In this document: positions 36,674 through 48,477 of the stretch, in pieces | Layout of the letters: each line of letters begins with the position of its first letter | Numbering within the stretch: position 1 is the first letter of the stretch | Program-made: the position numbers and the translations under genes | Assembly (NCBI RefSeq): GCF_006345805.1 | Contig: NC_043013.1 | Span: 16,244,001-16,308,000 of the forward strand | Direction of reading: 5' to 3' | DNA: 64,000 nt | DNA from: Octopus sinensis | Taxonomy: Eukaryota | The notes under the pieces: model-generated | Told to the model about the DNA's origin: nothing | What the model saw: the letters and a program-made list of their open reading frames with translations, nothing else | Databases searched by the model: none

Positions 36674-37870
36674 CGAGCTGCGTTCAAAAACTATCCTACT
36701 TAAATTTTTCTCGCCAAAACTAATGCCGCATGGGGAAAATCCTTTGAGTGGAAGGTGACGTTACCCTTCCTGCGAATGTATGAAAATTTTCGCGCTGTTA
36801 GGCCCCATCAGTTTTTGGCTGTTACGCCCAGAGTACACACGTGTAGTGCGCGCTCATCAGACTTTCGTTTTCACCGAATGCATCGAGCAAAAAGATATTG
36901 CGTCAAGTTTTGCCAAAAGTTTGGTGATACTCAAGCTCAAACTATCCAGAAGATTCAGCAGACCTCTGGTGATGATTTCATAGACAAAATTGAGATCAAG
37001 TGCGGGTACAACCGCTTCAAGTATAGCCGCACCTCAGTGGTGAGCAAGGAACGCTCAGCCAGGCCATCGACAAACCGAAACAAGCAACCGATTGAGAAGG
37101 TTCGACGATAGTAGTGGAAGATCTTAGTGTAACAATGCAGGAAATTGCTCACGAAAAGGGAATAAGCACAGGATCAGTGCATTTCATTTTAACAGAAGAT
37201 TCGTGCATGAAGAGTGTCTCGGCGAAATTCGTCACTAAAGTGTTGGCGGAGCAACGGAAGCAACTCCGCATGGAAATCGCTCAAGACATACTGGACTATG
37301 CAAACTACGACCCAGACTTCATCACTGGTGATGAGATATGGGTTTATGGTTACGACCCGGAAACCAATAAGCATCTGTCACCACCAATGCCCCCACAAAA
37401 AGCACAAGATCGCAGCAATGTGAAGGTAATGTTGATCTGTTTCATTGACTCCCGTGGGATTGTGCATCATGAATACGCACCACAAGACCAAACAACCAAT
37501 AAGCAATACTACTTGGAAGTTATACGTTGCCTTCTTGATGATGTGCGTCGAAGGCGGCCGGACATGAGGGCGGCGAAGAATTGGCAACTTTACTACGAAG
37601 GTGCACCCGCTCATTCTGCCGACATAATCCAAGATTTCTTGGTCAAGAACAACACACCAAATGTTCGACCGACTGGCTCCCTAGTCACCCGACTTGGCAC
37701 CGTATAGCTTCTGGCGCTTGCCCAAATTGAAAGCCACGCTGTAAGGGAAATTATGAGGAAAGCAAGAGCTCCATTTCACTCCAGAAATGGCGTTCCAGCG
37801 GTTCCAGTGTGTGAACTCCCATGTGGCGTATTTTGAAGGTAATCAAATAAAATTTGTGAAATATACAAAA
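36674..37870 (+). mobile_element. Decayed mariner transposon (irritans-like left end)
   Basis: TA|cgagctgcgttcaaaaa left TIR; YCVKFCQKFG, ARPST, ITGDEIWVYGYDPET, KVMLICFIDSRGIVHHEY, PDLAP; frameshift near 37112. Confidence 0.9.
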
Positions 37871-38172
37871 TTGTTTCTATCTACCAAAATTTTATTACCC
37901 TTTTTCTTTCTCTAATAGTCACTCACAGCTGAGGCTTACATACACAATAGACTATGGAACTAAAGACAGTTTGTTTATTGCAACAACAAATAGCCATTTA
38001 CACAAACAACTCGAAGAAATTATGTATTCTATATTGAAAACGACTATCGGAATAATCATATTAATAAAATGGCCGTCTCAGCAAGCAATTAATATAGTTC
38101 TTCTTAAGTCATTTTATTCAGTCTAATTAATCAGCAACACCTGAACGTTATAATTGGTGACTTCGTCGTTAT

Positions 38173-38575
38173 TCATACATACGTACATATGTACATTAAC
38201 ATACATACATACATACATACATACATACATACATACATACATTCATACATACATACATACATAAATACATAAACATACATACATACGTACATACATACAT
38301 TAACATACATACATACGTACATACATACATACATATATACATTAACATACATACGTACATACATACATACATTAACGTACATACATACGTACATACATAC
38401 ATACATACATACATTAACATACATACATACGTACATACATACATACATACATACATAAATACATACATACATACGTACATTAACATACATACATACGTAC
38501 ATTAACATACATACATACATAAATACATACATACATACATACATACATACATACATACATACATACATACATACA
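38173..38575. repeat. (CATA)n microsatellite; (TATG)n arrays also at 41195-41300, 45483-45716 and 46921-47040
   Basis: Directly visible. Confidence 0.97.
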
Positions 38576-38804
38576 AACTCACACACTCCTCATACTGAGG
38601 TCAACTTTAACTTTGGAGCTCATTTAAGTAATAATAATGGCATCAATATAATCGATTCACTCAGTCTCCATAAATGGCTGGTCTTGTGGCCGTTACAGTT
38701 ATGTGCATATTAAATGTATGCATGCATGTATGTTTTCTCTCTTTGAAATTTCAACAGCTGTTACTGAAACGTGGACTCGTTTCCTTCTTGGTATGACGGA
38801 TTGT

Positions 38805-40825
38805 TAGTTAGTTAGTTAGTTAGTTATTTAATTTTTGGGCTAAAAAAGCAAAAAGCAAGGCCATGTAGGGGCACATGGAGTTATGTACAGGTTGGTGTTC
38901 ATGTAAAGAGTTCAGGCCACTTGTGGTCAAGGGAGACTTTGAACCGAGCGGTCGTCGGCATCTTCACTATCTCGTCCGGCAGCTTATTCCACAGATCCGC
39001 AACCCGGTCGGAGAAAGCCCCTCTCCTTCGATTGAGATGAAATCGTCGCAGATAGAGCTTTTCGGAGTAACCCCGCAGCCGACGCTCTGGAGCAGGAGTG
39101 AAGAACAGCTCTTTCGAGAGGTTACACTTTCCGCTTATGATGTTGTGAGCAAGAATGAGATCACCACGGCGTCGTCGTTTTTCTAGAGAATAAAGGTCGA
39201 GCGTCTTCAGCCTTTCTTCATAAGACAAATGCTTGAGACCAAGAACCATGCGGGTAGCCAGCTTCTGGACTCTTCCGAGATGCTGTATGTCTTTGAGGAG
39301 ATAAGGAGAAGAGGCTTGAATCCCGTACTCCAATATGGGTCTCACCAGCGTCACATAGAGCGGTAGGAATATGGCTGCTGTGAGCATTCCGAATGACCGT
39401 CGAATCAAAAACAGAACTCCGCGTGCTATGTTGGCAGTATGGACGCACTGGGCCGAAGGCGAAAAGGAAGAATCCATCAAGATACCCAGGTCCTTTACCT
39501 GGTTGGTCCTCTCCAGCAGCAGACGACCCGGCTCGAAATCAAGTTGAGTTGCAGGAGAAGAGCCAACAGGCAGATGACAGCACTTTGACACGTTCAGACA
39601 CAGGTCCCATTCGTTAGACCATCTCCAAATTTGGTGGAGGCATCGACGAAGATCCTCTATATTACCGCGAGGAGCGACCAGTTTGACATCATCGGCAAAT
39701 AGAAGGGTGTGTTGCGTGAGGTCGTCGAGCAAGTCATTTATGAAGACTAAGAACAACAAGGGCCCAAGAACTGAACCTTGAGGCACGCCACTGCTTGCAC
39801 TGGAGACGTCGGATAGCAAACCATTAACTTAGACTTGGAAGGAGCGATCTGAGAGGAAGGCACCAACCCATCGTACAATATCCGGATGGAAACTATATGC
39901 TTGAAGCTTGACAAGTAATAGGCGGTGGTTTACCGAGTCAAAAGCTTTGGCAAAGTCCAATAAAACGATGTCAACAGCATCGCCATCATCGAGGATGCGC
40001 GTCACCAATTCTTCCATTACCAGTAAGTTGGTCTAGCATGATCTCTTCGGCACGAAGCCGTGTTGGGAATCAGATAGAGGCTGTGTTTTGGAGGTGGAGC
40101 ATCATACTTTTCTTCAGGATGGTTTCGAACATCTTGCTGATTATTGAAGTAAGGGGAACCGGTCGGTAGTTAAGCGGGTCTTCGCGGCTCCCTTTTTTGA
40201 AAATTGGGCAGATTATCGCTGTTCTCCAGTCCGCAGGTATAAAACCCGTCGCCAATGACATATTGAATAGACGTGTTAAAGGTTCGCAGATGACCGGAGC
40301 CAACGCTTTGATAACCCGTGGGTGTATGCCGTCAGGGCCGTAACCCTTGTTGACATCGAGGCCTTGAATAACGCGTTCGACTTCGTCCCGCGTGATAACC
40401 AATCTAAGCATTGGAGGTACCGATCTATCAAATGGAGGGGGTTCACGACCATCATATTGTTTAAAAATAGTTGAAAAAGCCTCGGCAAATAACTGACTCT
40501 GTTGATAAGGGTCCTCAATCGATATGCCTGTTGAGTCTACCAACGTTGCAATTTGGTTGTTCAAGCGGGAATTCCGTTGGACATGGGCAAAGAAGTTTTT
40601 TTGGATTGCGACTGGCGTTTGCCGCGATTCTGTATTCGTATCTGAAGCGTTCTTCCTTTTCAATTTTCACGGCTCGGTCTCTTTGCTGCAGTCGAATCTA
40701 GATTTTTGAATTCAGCCCAAGCAATATCTCTGAGCTGAAGTTCTCGTTTAACCTTCTTCGTCACCCAGGGCTTGTACTGAGAGGCTACTATTTCTGTCAA
40801 TGTTGCTGATATCTTCTAGCTTGCA
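38805..40825 (-). mobile_element. 5'-truncated, frameshifted CR1-like LINE (RT domain)
   Basis: Fragments 40070-40663, 39829-40017 and 38899-39819 give NYRPV.LTS, LLDFAKAFDSV, GVPQGSVLGPLLF, LFADD, KDLGI, YSLEKRRRRGDLI; (TAAC)n tail at ~38805-38825. Confidence 0.92.
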
Positions 40826-41194
40826 AAGTCATCCTCCTCCTGCAGGACAACGCTCCGGTCCACAACTCGCGTGTCACCAGATCAGAAGCACAGGCGTGCA
40901 GCTATGAGCTCCTCCCCTTGCACCCTATGATTTTCACCTCTTCCCAGCCATGAAGTTGATTTTGAAAGGAAAGCGTTTCCCAGATGATGCAGCCTTGATT
41001 TCTGAAGTCACGTCGTGGTTGGAGGACCAAGCTGGGGTCTTCTACAAAAACGGTCTCCAGAGCTGTAGCAAACGATGGGAGAAATACATAACTCTGGGTA
41101 GTTCCTATGTAGGAAAAGACTAATAACTGTGCCAAGTGTCGTTGCTCTACTGCTATGGGAAGTGGGTCAGGAGCATTACTTATTGAACGCCCCT
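40826..41194 (+). mobile_element. Mariner 3' fragment ending in TIR
   Basis: LLLQDNAPVH, DFHLFPAMK, KGKRFPDD, KRWEK; ends ttattgaacgcccctcg|TA directly into (TATG)n. Confidence 0.85.
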
Positions 41195-42039
41195 CGTATG
41201 TATGTATGTATGTATGTATATATGTATGTATGTATGTATGAATGTATGTATGAATGTATATATGAATGTATGTATGTATGTATGTATGTATGTATGTATG
41301 TTAACATGTAACCCAGAACAACCTGTTGCATGGTCGGGTCGTCGGCGACTAAACCGGTAACCCCACCAAGCTTGCTTGGTGAGGAGGGTGTTTATTGGAC
41401 ATCCTGCGGGATGAAAAACAAAACCCGCCAAAGGGCGGAGGAACTCTTGAGAGTCAACGGCCATCCAATAAATGTTTTTTTTCTTTTCTTCTTAAGGCTT
41501 AAGGCTGTATCATGCGCGGGGACATAGAAATAATCAGACTGAATACCCGATCGCGCGGTTAAACCATTGGGAGTGAAGGACTCCTAGCCTTTGTTAGGGC
41601 ATCCTTCTAGGAGAAGGTAACTCAGGTAACTGGGATAACTCCGACATAAAACTGCGGCTCAGTGGTTACCGATGATGTTGACTTGTTCTTCTTTTCGGAT
41701 TATGGCGGCTGTTGCTTAGTGAGTGTGATTGACTCAGTGCACTGCCTTTCCTCACTTAAAAAAAATCTTTTTGCACAGGTATTGCACGATAACTACATTG
41801 GATTGATTAAAGTGATTAACTAATTCATGACTGTTGATAGTGCTGTGAGTCTCAACTGAATGGCTGACTGTAGACTTAAAAAGCAAAAATCAATGATGTA
41901 CCAAAACAGTATAAAAATAAATGGCAGTAAGGAATCTGGAAATACATCGGCTGAAAGAGTCTAGCCCGGCAGGGGCTCCAGAGCATCACAATCTGAACCC
42001 GACCATCATCATGCTACTGTGATAGAACCAAAGAAAATA

Positions 42040-45033
42040 ATGAATATTGGCTGTTGGAATGTACGGACACTGCTTGACCACAAGTCCTCTGAACGTCCTG
42101 AAAGAAGGACTGCGCTTGTTGCGAAGGAGCTTCAACGCTATAATCTTGACATCGTTGCTTTATCTGAGACGAGATTACCTGGAGATGGTCATCTTACAGA
42201 ATCTTGTGGAAAATATACATTCTTTTGGAAAGGGAGAGATGAAGAGCTTAGAGGAGAAGCTGGAGTGGCATTTGCTGTTAAGACTACTCTTGTGAACAAG
42301 TTGGAAGAATTCCCAATCGGAATTAACGAGCGTCTTATGCCCATGAGAATTCCTTTGGCTAAAGGATATTATATGACCTTGGTGAGTGTGTATGCTCCAA
42401 CTATGTGCTATACTGACGACGAAAAACTTTCTTTCTACCATGCTTTGAAGGGCATTATAAGAAATATCCCTCGGGCAGCCAAAGTCATTGTACTGGGTGA
42501 CTTTAATGCTAGAGTGGGTAAGGATTTTAACACATGGACTGTAATTGGAAAGCATGGGGTGGGGAAGTGTAATAGTAATGGCATGCTTTTGCTGCAGATT
42601 TGTGAGGAGCTGAGTTTGTGTGTTACCAATACCATGTTTCAACAAAAGAATAAGCTTAAGACTACATGGATGCACCCTGCATCTAAAGAATGGCATATTC
42701 TGGATTACATCCTAGTTAGGGTGCGTGACAGACAGGATGTGCAGTGTGTTCGTGTTCTTCGTGGAGCTGAGTGTTGGACTGACCACCGCCTAGTACGTGC
42801 AAAAGTGAAATTAGTTACAAAACATAAAATACGAGCTGCGGGGATGACCCTGCATAAAAGACTGAATGTTGATCGTCTTAGGTATAATAGTGTGAAGAGA
42901 ACTTTACGAGAGGAAATGAATGCTGCAGATATTGGGAAGGATTGGCCGACCCTTAAAAAGTCAGTTTATGATATAGGCAAAAAAGTTCTGGGATTGATAC
43001 AAAGACTGCATCAAGATTGGTTCAAAGAAAATGATGAACATATAGATTATTTATTGGCTGATAAAAGACGTACTTTGTCACGCTATTTGTCAGCAAAGTC
43101 ACAGGAAAGGGAAGTGTTGCATAGAGAACTCAAGGACGTAAAATCACGTGTGAGGCGGAGGCTCTCTCAGATGAGGGATACGTGGTGGAGTAAGAAGGCT
43201 GATGAGATACAGGCAGCATCAGATTCCAATAACACAAAGCTGTTGTATGGTCTCTTGCGAGAAGTTTATGGACCGACATCCTCCCTGATGACACCAATTC
43301 GAAGCAGGGATGGTAAAGAACTTCTTCGTGATTCACAAGGAATTCTGCGAAGGTGGCAAGAACACTTTGATGAACTTTTGAATCAGCAGTCTGTAGTTAG
43401 TGAGGATGTTCTCAATCTCATCCCTGGATTGCCTGTGAAGGTAGCACTCGCAGAACCACCAAAGTTGGAAGAAGTTGCAATGGATGTCTCAAGGTTGAAT
43501 AATGGGAAGTCTCCGGGTATGGATGGCATGCATGCGGAGTTGTTACAGCATGGTGGTGAGAAAATTCTGCAGAAACTTCACTCTTTGTTTGGTAAGGTAT
43601 GGACTAGTGAATCTGTACCTGAGAACTGGAGAGATGCAGTATTGGTGGTCCTGTATAAGGGAAAGGGCAACAGGAATGATTGTGGTAATTATAGGGAAAT
43701 ATCATTGCTGTCTGCTGTAGGAAAGGTTTTATGCAGGATACTTCTGGATCGTCTGCTGAAATACATTGCAGATTGTGTTCTTCCAGAAAGTCAATCTGGC
43801 TTTCGTGTGGGACGCGGCACTGCTGTTATAATCTTTTCAGCGAGACAGCTTCAGGAAAAGTGTGTGGAACAGGGTCTGGATTTGTATCAGGTGTTTGTCG
43901 ATCTGACAAAAGCCTTTGATACCGTCAATAGAAAAGCATTGTGGAAAGTCCTCCAGAAACTTGGGTGTCCTGAAAAGTTCCTTGCTTTGGTTAGGTCTTT
44001 TCATGAAGACATGAATGGTAGGGTGAATGTAAGAGGGAATATGTCGGAGCCCATTTCAATACAAAATGGAGTGAAACAGGGGGATATTCTGGCACCGACC
44101 CTATTTTCCATATATTTCGCGATGGTGTTCTGTATTGCATTCAGAAACTGCAGATACGGTGTTTACGTCCATTATCGAACCTCTGGCAGCATATTTGATA
44201 TCAGGCGCCTTGCTGCAAAAACAAAGACATTTACCTCTGTCATAAGAGACCTTTTGTATGCTGATGATTGTGAGCTAGTAGCACACACAGAGATTGATAT
44301 GCAACACATTTTTAATGCATTCTCTGATGCTTGCACTGTCTTAGGATTGACAGTCAATCTCAAGAAAACTGTTGTCATGCATCAACCTGCCCCTGGTAAG
44401 CAGTATAGTGTACCAAATATCTATGTGAATGGTAAACGACTTGATGTAGTCGATCAGTTTGTCTACCTGGGAAGCACTATTAATAGATATGGCAATGTGG
44501 ATGATGAAGTTCCATATAGAATTAGGAAAAGGCTAGAAAAGCGCCTCTGGAGTCGGCGAGACATATGCAGAAAGACAAAGATAAAGGTGTACAAGGCATG
44601 TGTGCTCCCTTTTCTCTATGCCTGCGAGACGTGGGTCACATATCGATACCACCTTAAACATCTGGAACGTTTCCATCAGATGTGCCTCAGACGGATCGAT
44701 AGCATTAAGTGGAAGGACCGCATCAGTGATCTTGAAATACTCGAAGGCTCACGGTGTGTAAGTATAGAAGCTCTTGTGTTAAAGCAAAGGCTCAGATGGA
44801 GTGGTCATCTAGTCAGAATGAAGGATTCAAGGATGCCAAAACAACTCTTTTATGGAGAGTTAGCTAAAGGAGAACGACCTTCACATAAACCAAAAAAGAG
44901 GTATAAGGACTTGCTGAAGGCTTCCTTAAGAGATGCTTGCATCTCTCCTGACACATGGGAAGGCATAGCTATTGATCGTAGCAGGTGGAGAAGGATTGTG
45001 CATGGGGGAACAGCCACGTTTGCGAAATCTTGA
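42040..45033 (+). CDS. RTE ORF: apurinic endonuclease and reverse transcriptase (first ATG 42040)
   Basis: EN motifs WNVRTL, LSETR, YAP, LGDFNA, LDY, TDHRL; RT motifs QSGFR, FVDLTKAFD, GVKQGD, LYADD, LRWSGH. Confidence 0.93.
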   Translation: MNIGCWNVRTLLDHKSSERPERRTALVAKELQRYNLDIVALSETRLPGDGHLTESCGKYTFFWKGRDEELRGEAGVAFAVKTTLVNKLEEFPIGINERLMPMRIPLAKGYYMTLVSVYAPTMCYTDDEKLSFYHALKGIIRNIPRAAKVIVLGDFNARVGKDFNTWTVIGKHGVGKCNSNGMLLLQICEELSLCVTNTMFQQKNKLKTTWMHPASKEWHILDYILVRVRDRQDVQCVRVLRGAECWTDHRLVRAKVKLVTKHKIRAAGMTLHKRLNVDRLRYNSVKRTLREEMNAADIGKDWPTLKKSVYDIGKKVLGLIQRLHQDWFKENDEHIDYLLADKRRTLSRYLSAKSQEREVLHRELKDVKSRVRRRLSQMRDTWWSKKADEIQAASDSNNTKLLYGLLREVYGPTSSLMTPIRSRDGKELLRDSQGILRRWQEHFDELLNQQSVVSEDVLNLIPGLPVKVALAEPPKLEEVAMDVSRLNNGKSPGMDGMHAELLQHGGEKILQKLHSLFGKVWTSESVPENWRDAVLVVLYKGKGNRNDCGNYREISLLSAVGKVLCRILLDRLLKYIADCVLPESQSGFRVGRGTAVIIFSARQLQEKCVEQGLDLYQVFVDLTKAFDTVNRKALWKVLQKLGCPEKFLALVRSFHEDMNGRVNVRGNMSEPISIQNGVKQGDILAPTLFSIYFAMVFCIAFRNCRYGVYVHYRTSGSIFDIRRLAAKTKTFTSVIRDLLYADDCELVAHTEIDMQHIFNAFSDACTVLGLTVNLKKTVVMHQPAPGKQYSVPNIYVNGKRLDVVDQFVYLGSTINRYGNVDDEVPYRIRKRLEKRLWSRRDICRKTKIKVYKACVLPFLYACETWVTYRYHLKHLERFHQMCLRRIDSIKWKDRISDLEILEGSRCVSIEALVLKQRLRWSGHLVRMKDSRMPKQLFYGELAKGERPSHKPKKRYKDLLKASLRDACISPDTWEGIAIDRSRWRRIVHGGTATFAKS

Positions 45034-45432
45034 GTTGCACATGAGAAAGTAAGGAGGGATGTCAGAAAGGGCATCGCTGTTACATTTCCAGAAGGGAAGG
45101 GTCTTCCTTTGATTCTGATATGCAATGTCTGTGCAAGACCCTGCCTCAGTAAAGCTGGACTCATGAGTCATCTTCGTAGTCATAAAACGAGACAGATGAG
45201 TGACAACCTGGCCACTGGTGGTGGTGTAACACACCATACTAATCATATCTGTCGGGCATGTGGAAGAGAGTGTAATTCGGCAGGAAGACTTAAACGACAT
45301 GCAAAGGTACATGAAACCCAGTTACAACTACAGCCGGCTATTACCAGTAAAGGTCTTAGTTGCCAATTTTGTACAAGACATTGTAGATCTTTAGCTGGGC
45401 TAAAAAGTCACATTCGATCACAGCACCAGTAA
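45034..45432 (+). pseudogene. In-frame C-terminal tail of the RTE ORF after a TGA stop, with three C2H2 zinc fingers
   Basis: CNVC..HLRSH (45121-45183), CRAC..HAKVH (45249-45311), CQFC..HIRSQH (45361-45426); same frame as the upstream ORF, no further stop until 45430. Confidence 0.9.
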
Positions 45433-45894
45433 CAGTTAAGCTTCGTGCAATGGCCATACTCGATAACGAGGGGGCAGCCATAATGTATGTATGTATGTAT
45501 GTATGTATGTATGTATGTATGTATGTATGTATGTATGTATTTATGTATGTATGTATGTATGAATGTATGTATGTATATATGTTTGTATGTATGTATGTAT
45601 ATACGTTTGTATTATGTATGTATGTATGTATGTATGTATAAATGTATGTATGCATGTATATATGTTTGTATGTATGTATGTATGTATGTATGTATGTATG
45701 TATGTATGTATGTATGTCAGGTCACTTGTGAGGTTTCTCGTAAGTGCTACTGGGAACATAGAGTCCGATACAAACTATTGCATGGTCGGGTCATTGGCGA
45801 CTGACACAACACCTCTACTTGGCTTGCCTGGTGGAGAATGTGGCTGGAAACCCAGCAGGACAAGACTGGTCAAATGGACGGATTTACCTTATAT

Positions 45895-46068
45895 CACTAG
45901 CGTAGCTAGAGTGTGTGCCGCCCCAGAGCGGCCCTTCAGTTTGCCAAACCACTCCACCCCAACAAAAAATACATATTACATACAGCAGACCCAAATGTGG
46001 TGCCGCCCCACAAACGTACCGCCCATGGAGGACCACTCCCCCTCCTCCCATCTCTAGCTGCGCTAGTG
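45895..46068. mobile_element. Short hAT-like MITE
   Basis: TIRs cactagcgtagctagag / ctctagctgcgctagtg; degenerate 8-bp TSD ccttatat / ccttctgt. Confidence 0.75.
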
Positions 46069-46237
46069 CCTTCTGTAGGTTCAACGACTATCTTGCATTG
46101 GCACGAGCCTTCAGAAATTCCGGGTGGGTGTCCAGCGTGCTGGAAGACCATTGGGAGCGGGGCACTCATTAACTTTTGTTAAAACATGTTTCTAGAAGAA
46201 AGTCACTTACATATATTACATAGATTACATATATGCG

Positions 46238-46500
46238 TGGAGGCGCAATGGCCCAGTGGTTAGGGCAGAGGAATCGCGGTTGTAGGATCGCGGTTTCGAT
46301 TCCCAGACCGGGCGTTGTGAGTGTTTATTGAGCGAAAACACCTAGAAGCTCCACGAGGCCCCGGCAGGGGGTGGTGATCCCTGCTGTACTCTTTCACCAC
46401 TCTTTCTTCCGTTGGCTTGCTCACTTAGCCAGCGGGGTGGTGTCATTCGAAGGCTAAACGCATTGTGACCCGCGATGTGTAACATCTGATGGTCTGGTCG
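46238..46500 (+). mobile_element. tRNA-headed SINE family C; longer copy at ~54780-55100 on minus
   Basis: A-box tggcccagtgg, B-box gtttcgattccc, body gtttattgagcgaaaacacc...ccggcaggggg shared with the 55000-55070 reverse copy. Confidence 0.8.
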
Positions 46501-47169
46501 GTCCTGCATATATTTAATAGATATCAAATCAAATATATTCAGGAAATGGCATTGAACATTTTGGGGATCCTTTACTTGCGCTTGAAACCATGGCGCTCCC
46601 ACTCTCCTGAGCCTATGACCCACATTGACGCGAGATATCTAGCATTGGTTTGTCCCTGGATCATGTCACTAGGGTAGGGAGGGTCTGCTAAGTGATGTGC
46701 AGCCTTATTAGACCTATTATTTTAGATTGTGCAGTCGCCGACGAGGGAACTATCCGATTCCCGATTGAGCAGGAGAGTACCGTAGCGATCATGAAATCCA
46801 CTGACACCAACCCGGGTGAATCTGACAGTTGGTACATTAACTTCATGCACGGGCATTGTTGGCATTTTTGCATGGGCAATGGTCAGTGATGGTCTTCCTT
46901 GGTCACAAGTGGACAACATCATGTATGTATGTATGTATGATGTATGTATGTATGTATGTATGTATGTATGTATGTATGTATGTATGTATGTATGTATGTA
47001 TGTATGTATGTATGTATGTATGTATGTATGTATGTATGTATGGATGGATGGATGGATGGATGTGTGTATGTGTGCATGCATGCATGTATTTATGTAAGTA
47101 TACATGTATGTATGCATATTTTTTTGTTCTCTTTTTAATTTAGAATTAACTTTAACTGTCTACCTGCTT

Positions 47170-47571
47170 CAGGACCGGATTAAGACCCATGGAGGCCCTA
47201 AGCACTTCGTAATTCAAAATATAAACGACAACAAACCGTAAAATAATATTATTTTTTCAAAACAAAACAAAACGGTAAGAAGGAAAATAATGTTTATTTT
47301 TGTATACTTCTACTTTATGTATATTTGAAAAGTTTCCTCCTACTTTTTTGAATTGGGAAGTCTTTGTTCAGATCCTCAAATTAATCTTTGGTAACACATC
47401 TGCTGCATCTATAAAGAGATAAAGAGATAAAGGCGTCCTAGATGTTATTTTACCAAGTTTAAAGTGATTTCTTTTGTGCCGTAAACCATTTACCATTTCT
47501 GAGTTACCCCCCCTCCTTTCCTTGATGCCCTAAGCACGTGCTTATTTTACCTAATGGTTAATCCAGCGCTG
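47170..47571. mobile_element. hAT-type non-autonomous element
   Basis: TIRs caggaccggattaa / ttaatccagcgctg; 8-bp TSD acctgctt / tcctgctt. Confidence 0.85.
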
Positions 47572-48263
47572 TCCTGCTTGATAGTAAAGCTTCTTGCTTT
47601 GTTCATCGTCCTTTCAATCTTAAAAAAGTCTTGCAAATTTTTATTGTCCTAGATTTGCAAATGCCTTATCGATTGTTCATAGGCGTTTTCTTTCAACCTG
47701 GACAACGTTGGTGTTATGTGTTTATAAGTATTTATTCACATGCGGGCGTGTGTTTAAAACAAAATCATAGCTATCGTTAACAAGAAAGCAAATCCCACGC
47801 TGTCGCTAATTGTTTTTGGTGCCTGTGCAGTCGAGAGCAGACATATGACACCTTCTCGGTCATCCTACTCTTGACCCAGCACAACATCCAAGAGTAGGAC
47901 GTGATTTAAAGTGCTTTGCTCAACACACAATGAGCAACCCTGTCCAGGAATCGAACCTATTATCTTACGATCGTGAGCCCAATATCCTTACCACTAGGCC
48001 ATGCATATAGCAGAAGCCTAAATGAAATAGCAGCCAAATGACTCTCAAAGCACGACTTAACGTTTTAGAAAAGGATGGAATGTCTTTGATCATAGGTCAG
48101 TCCTGTGCCAGCAGTCTTATGAAAGAAGGCATTCCAATGACATAAGTATGTGTGGTGGGGAGATGTTAATTTGCAGGAAGACTTGGCTGCTATTTCTAGC
48201 AAAGTATGCGACCATGTAGAGGCTCCCTATTTAGAATGGTTTTCCTTTACGAATGTATCAGTA

Positions 48264-48334
<71 letters not shown>

Positions 48335-48339
48335 ATTAT

Positions 48340-48374
<35 letters not shown>

Positions 48375-48477
48375 ATCAATAATAATAAAGGGTAAAATTA
48401 ATTAATTAATTAATTAGTAATTCATAATTCCACCAAGTAGTATTCGGCATGTTAAAAGGACCATTTTCGGTAAATTT

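Larger units (their letters stand above)
41301..45482 (+). mobile_element. Near full-length RTE-clade non-LTR retrotransposon (APE endonuclease + RT + C-terminal C2H2 fingers)
   Basis: About 700 nt 5' UTR, 1004-aa ORF 42019-45033, in-frame continuation to 45432, short 3' UTR ending in a (TATG)n tail. Confidence 0.95.
45717..46920 (+). mobile_element. Internally deleted RTE-related element with nested hAT MITE and tRNA-SINE
   Basis: Shares ttgcatggtcgggtc.t.ggcgact (45778 vs 41326), accattgggag (46147 vs 41563) and a similar 3' terminus before (TATG)n with the upstream RTE; no RT ORF. Confidence 0.6.

Noticed and set aside
46238-46320. tRNA gene
   Set aside because: A and B boxes are present, but there is no full cloverleaf and the sequence continues into a SINE body.
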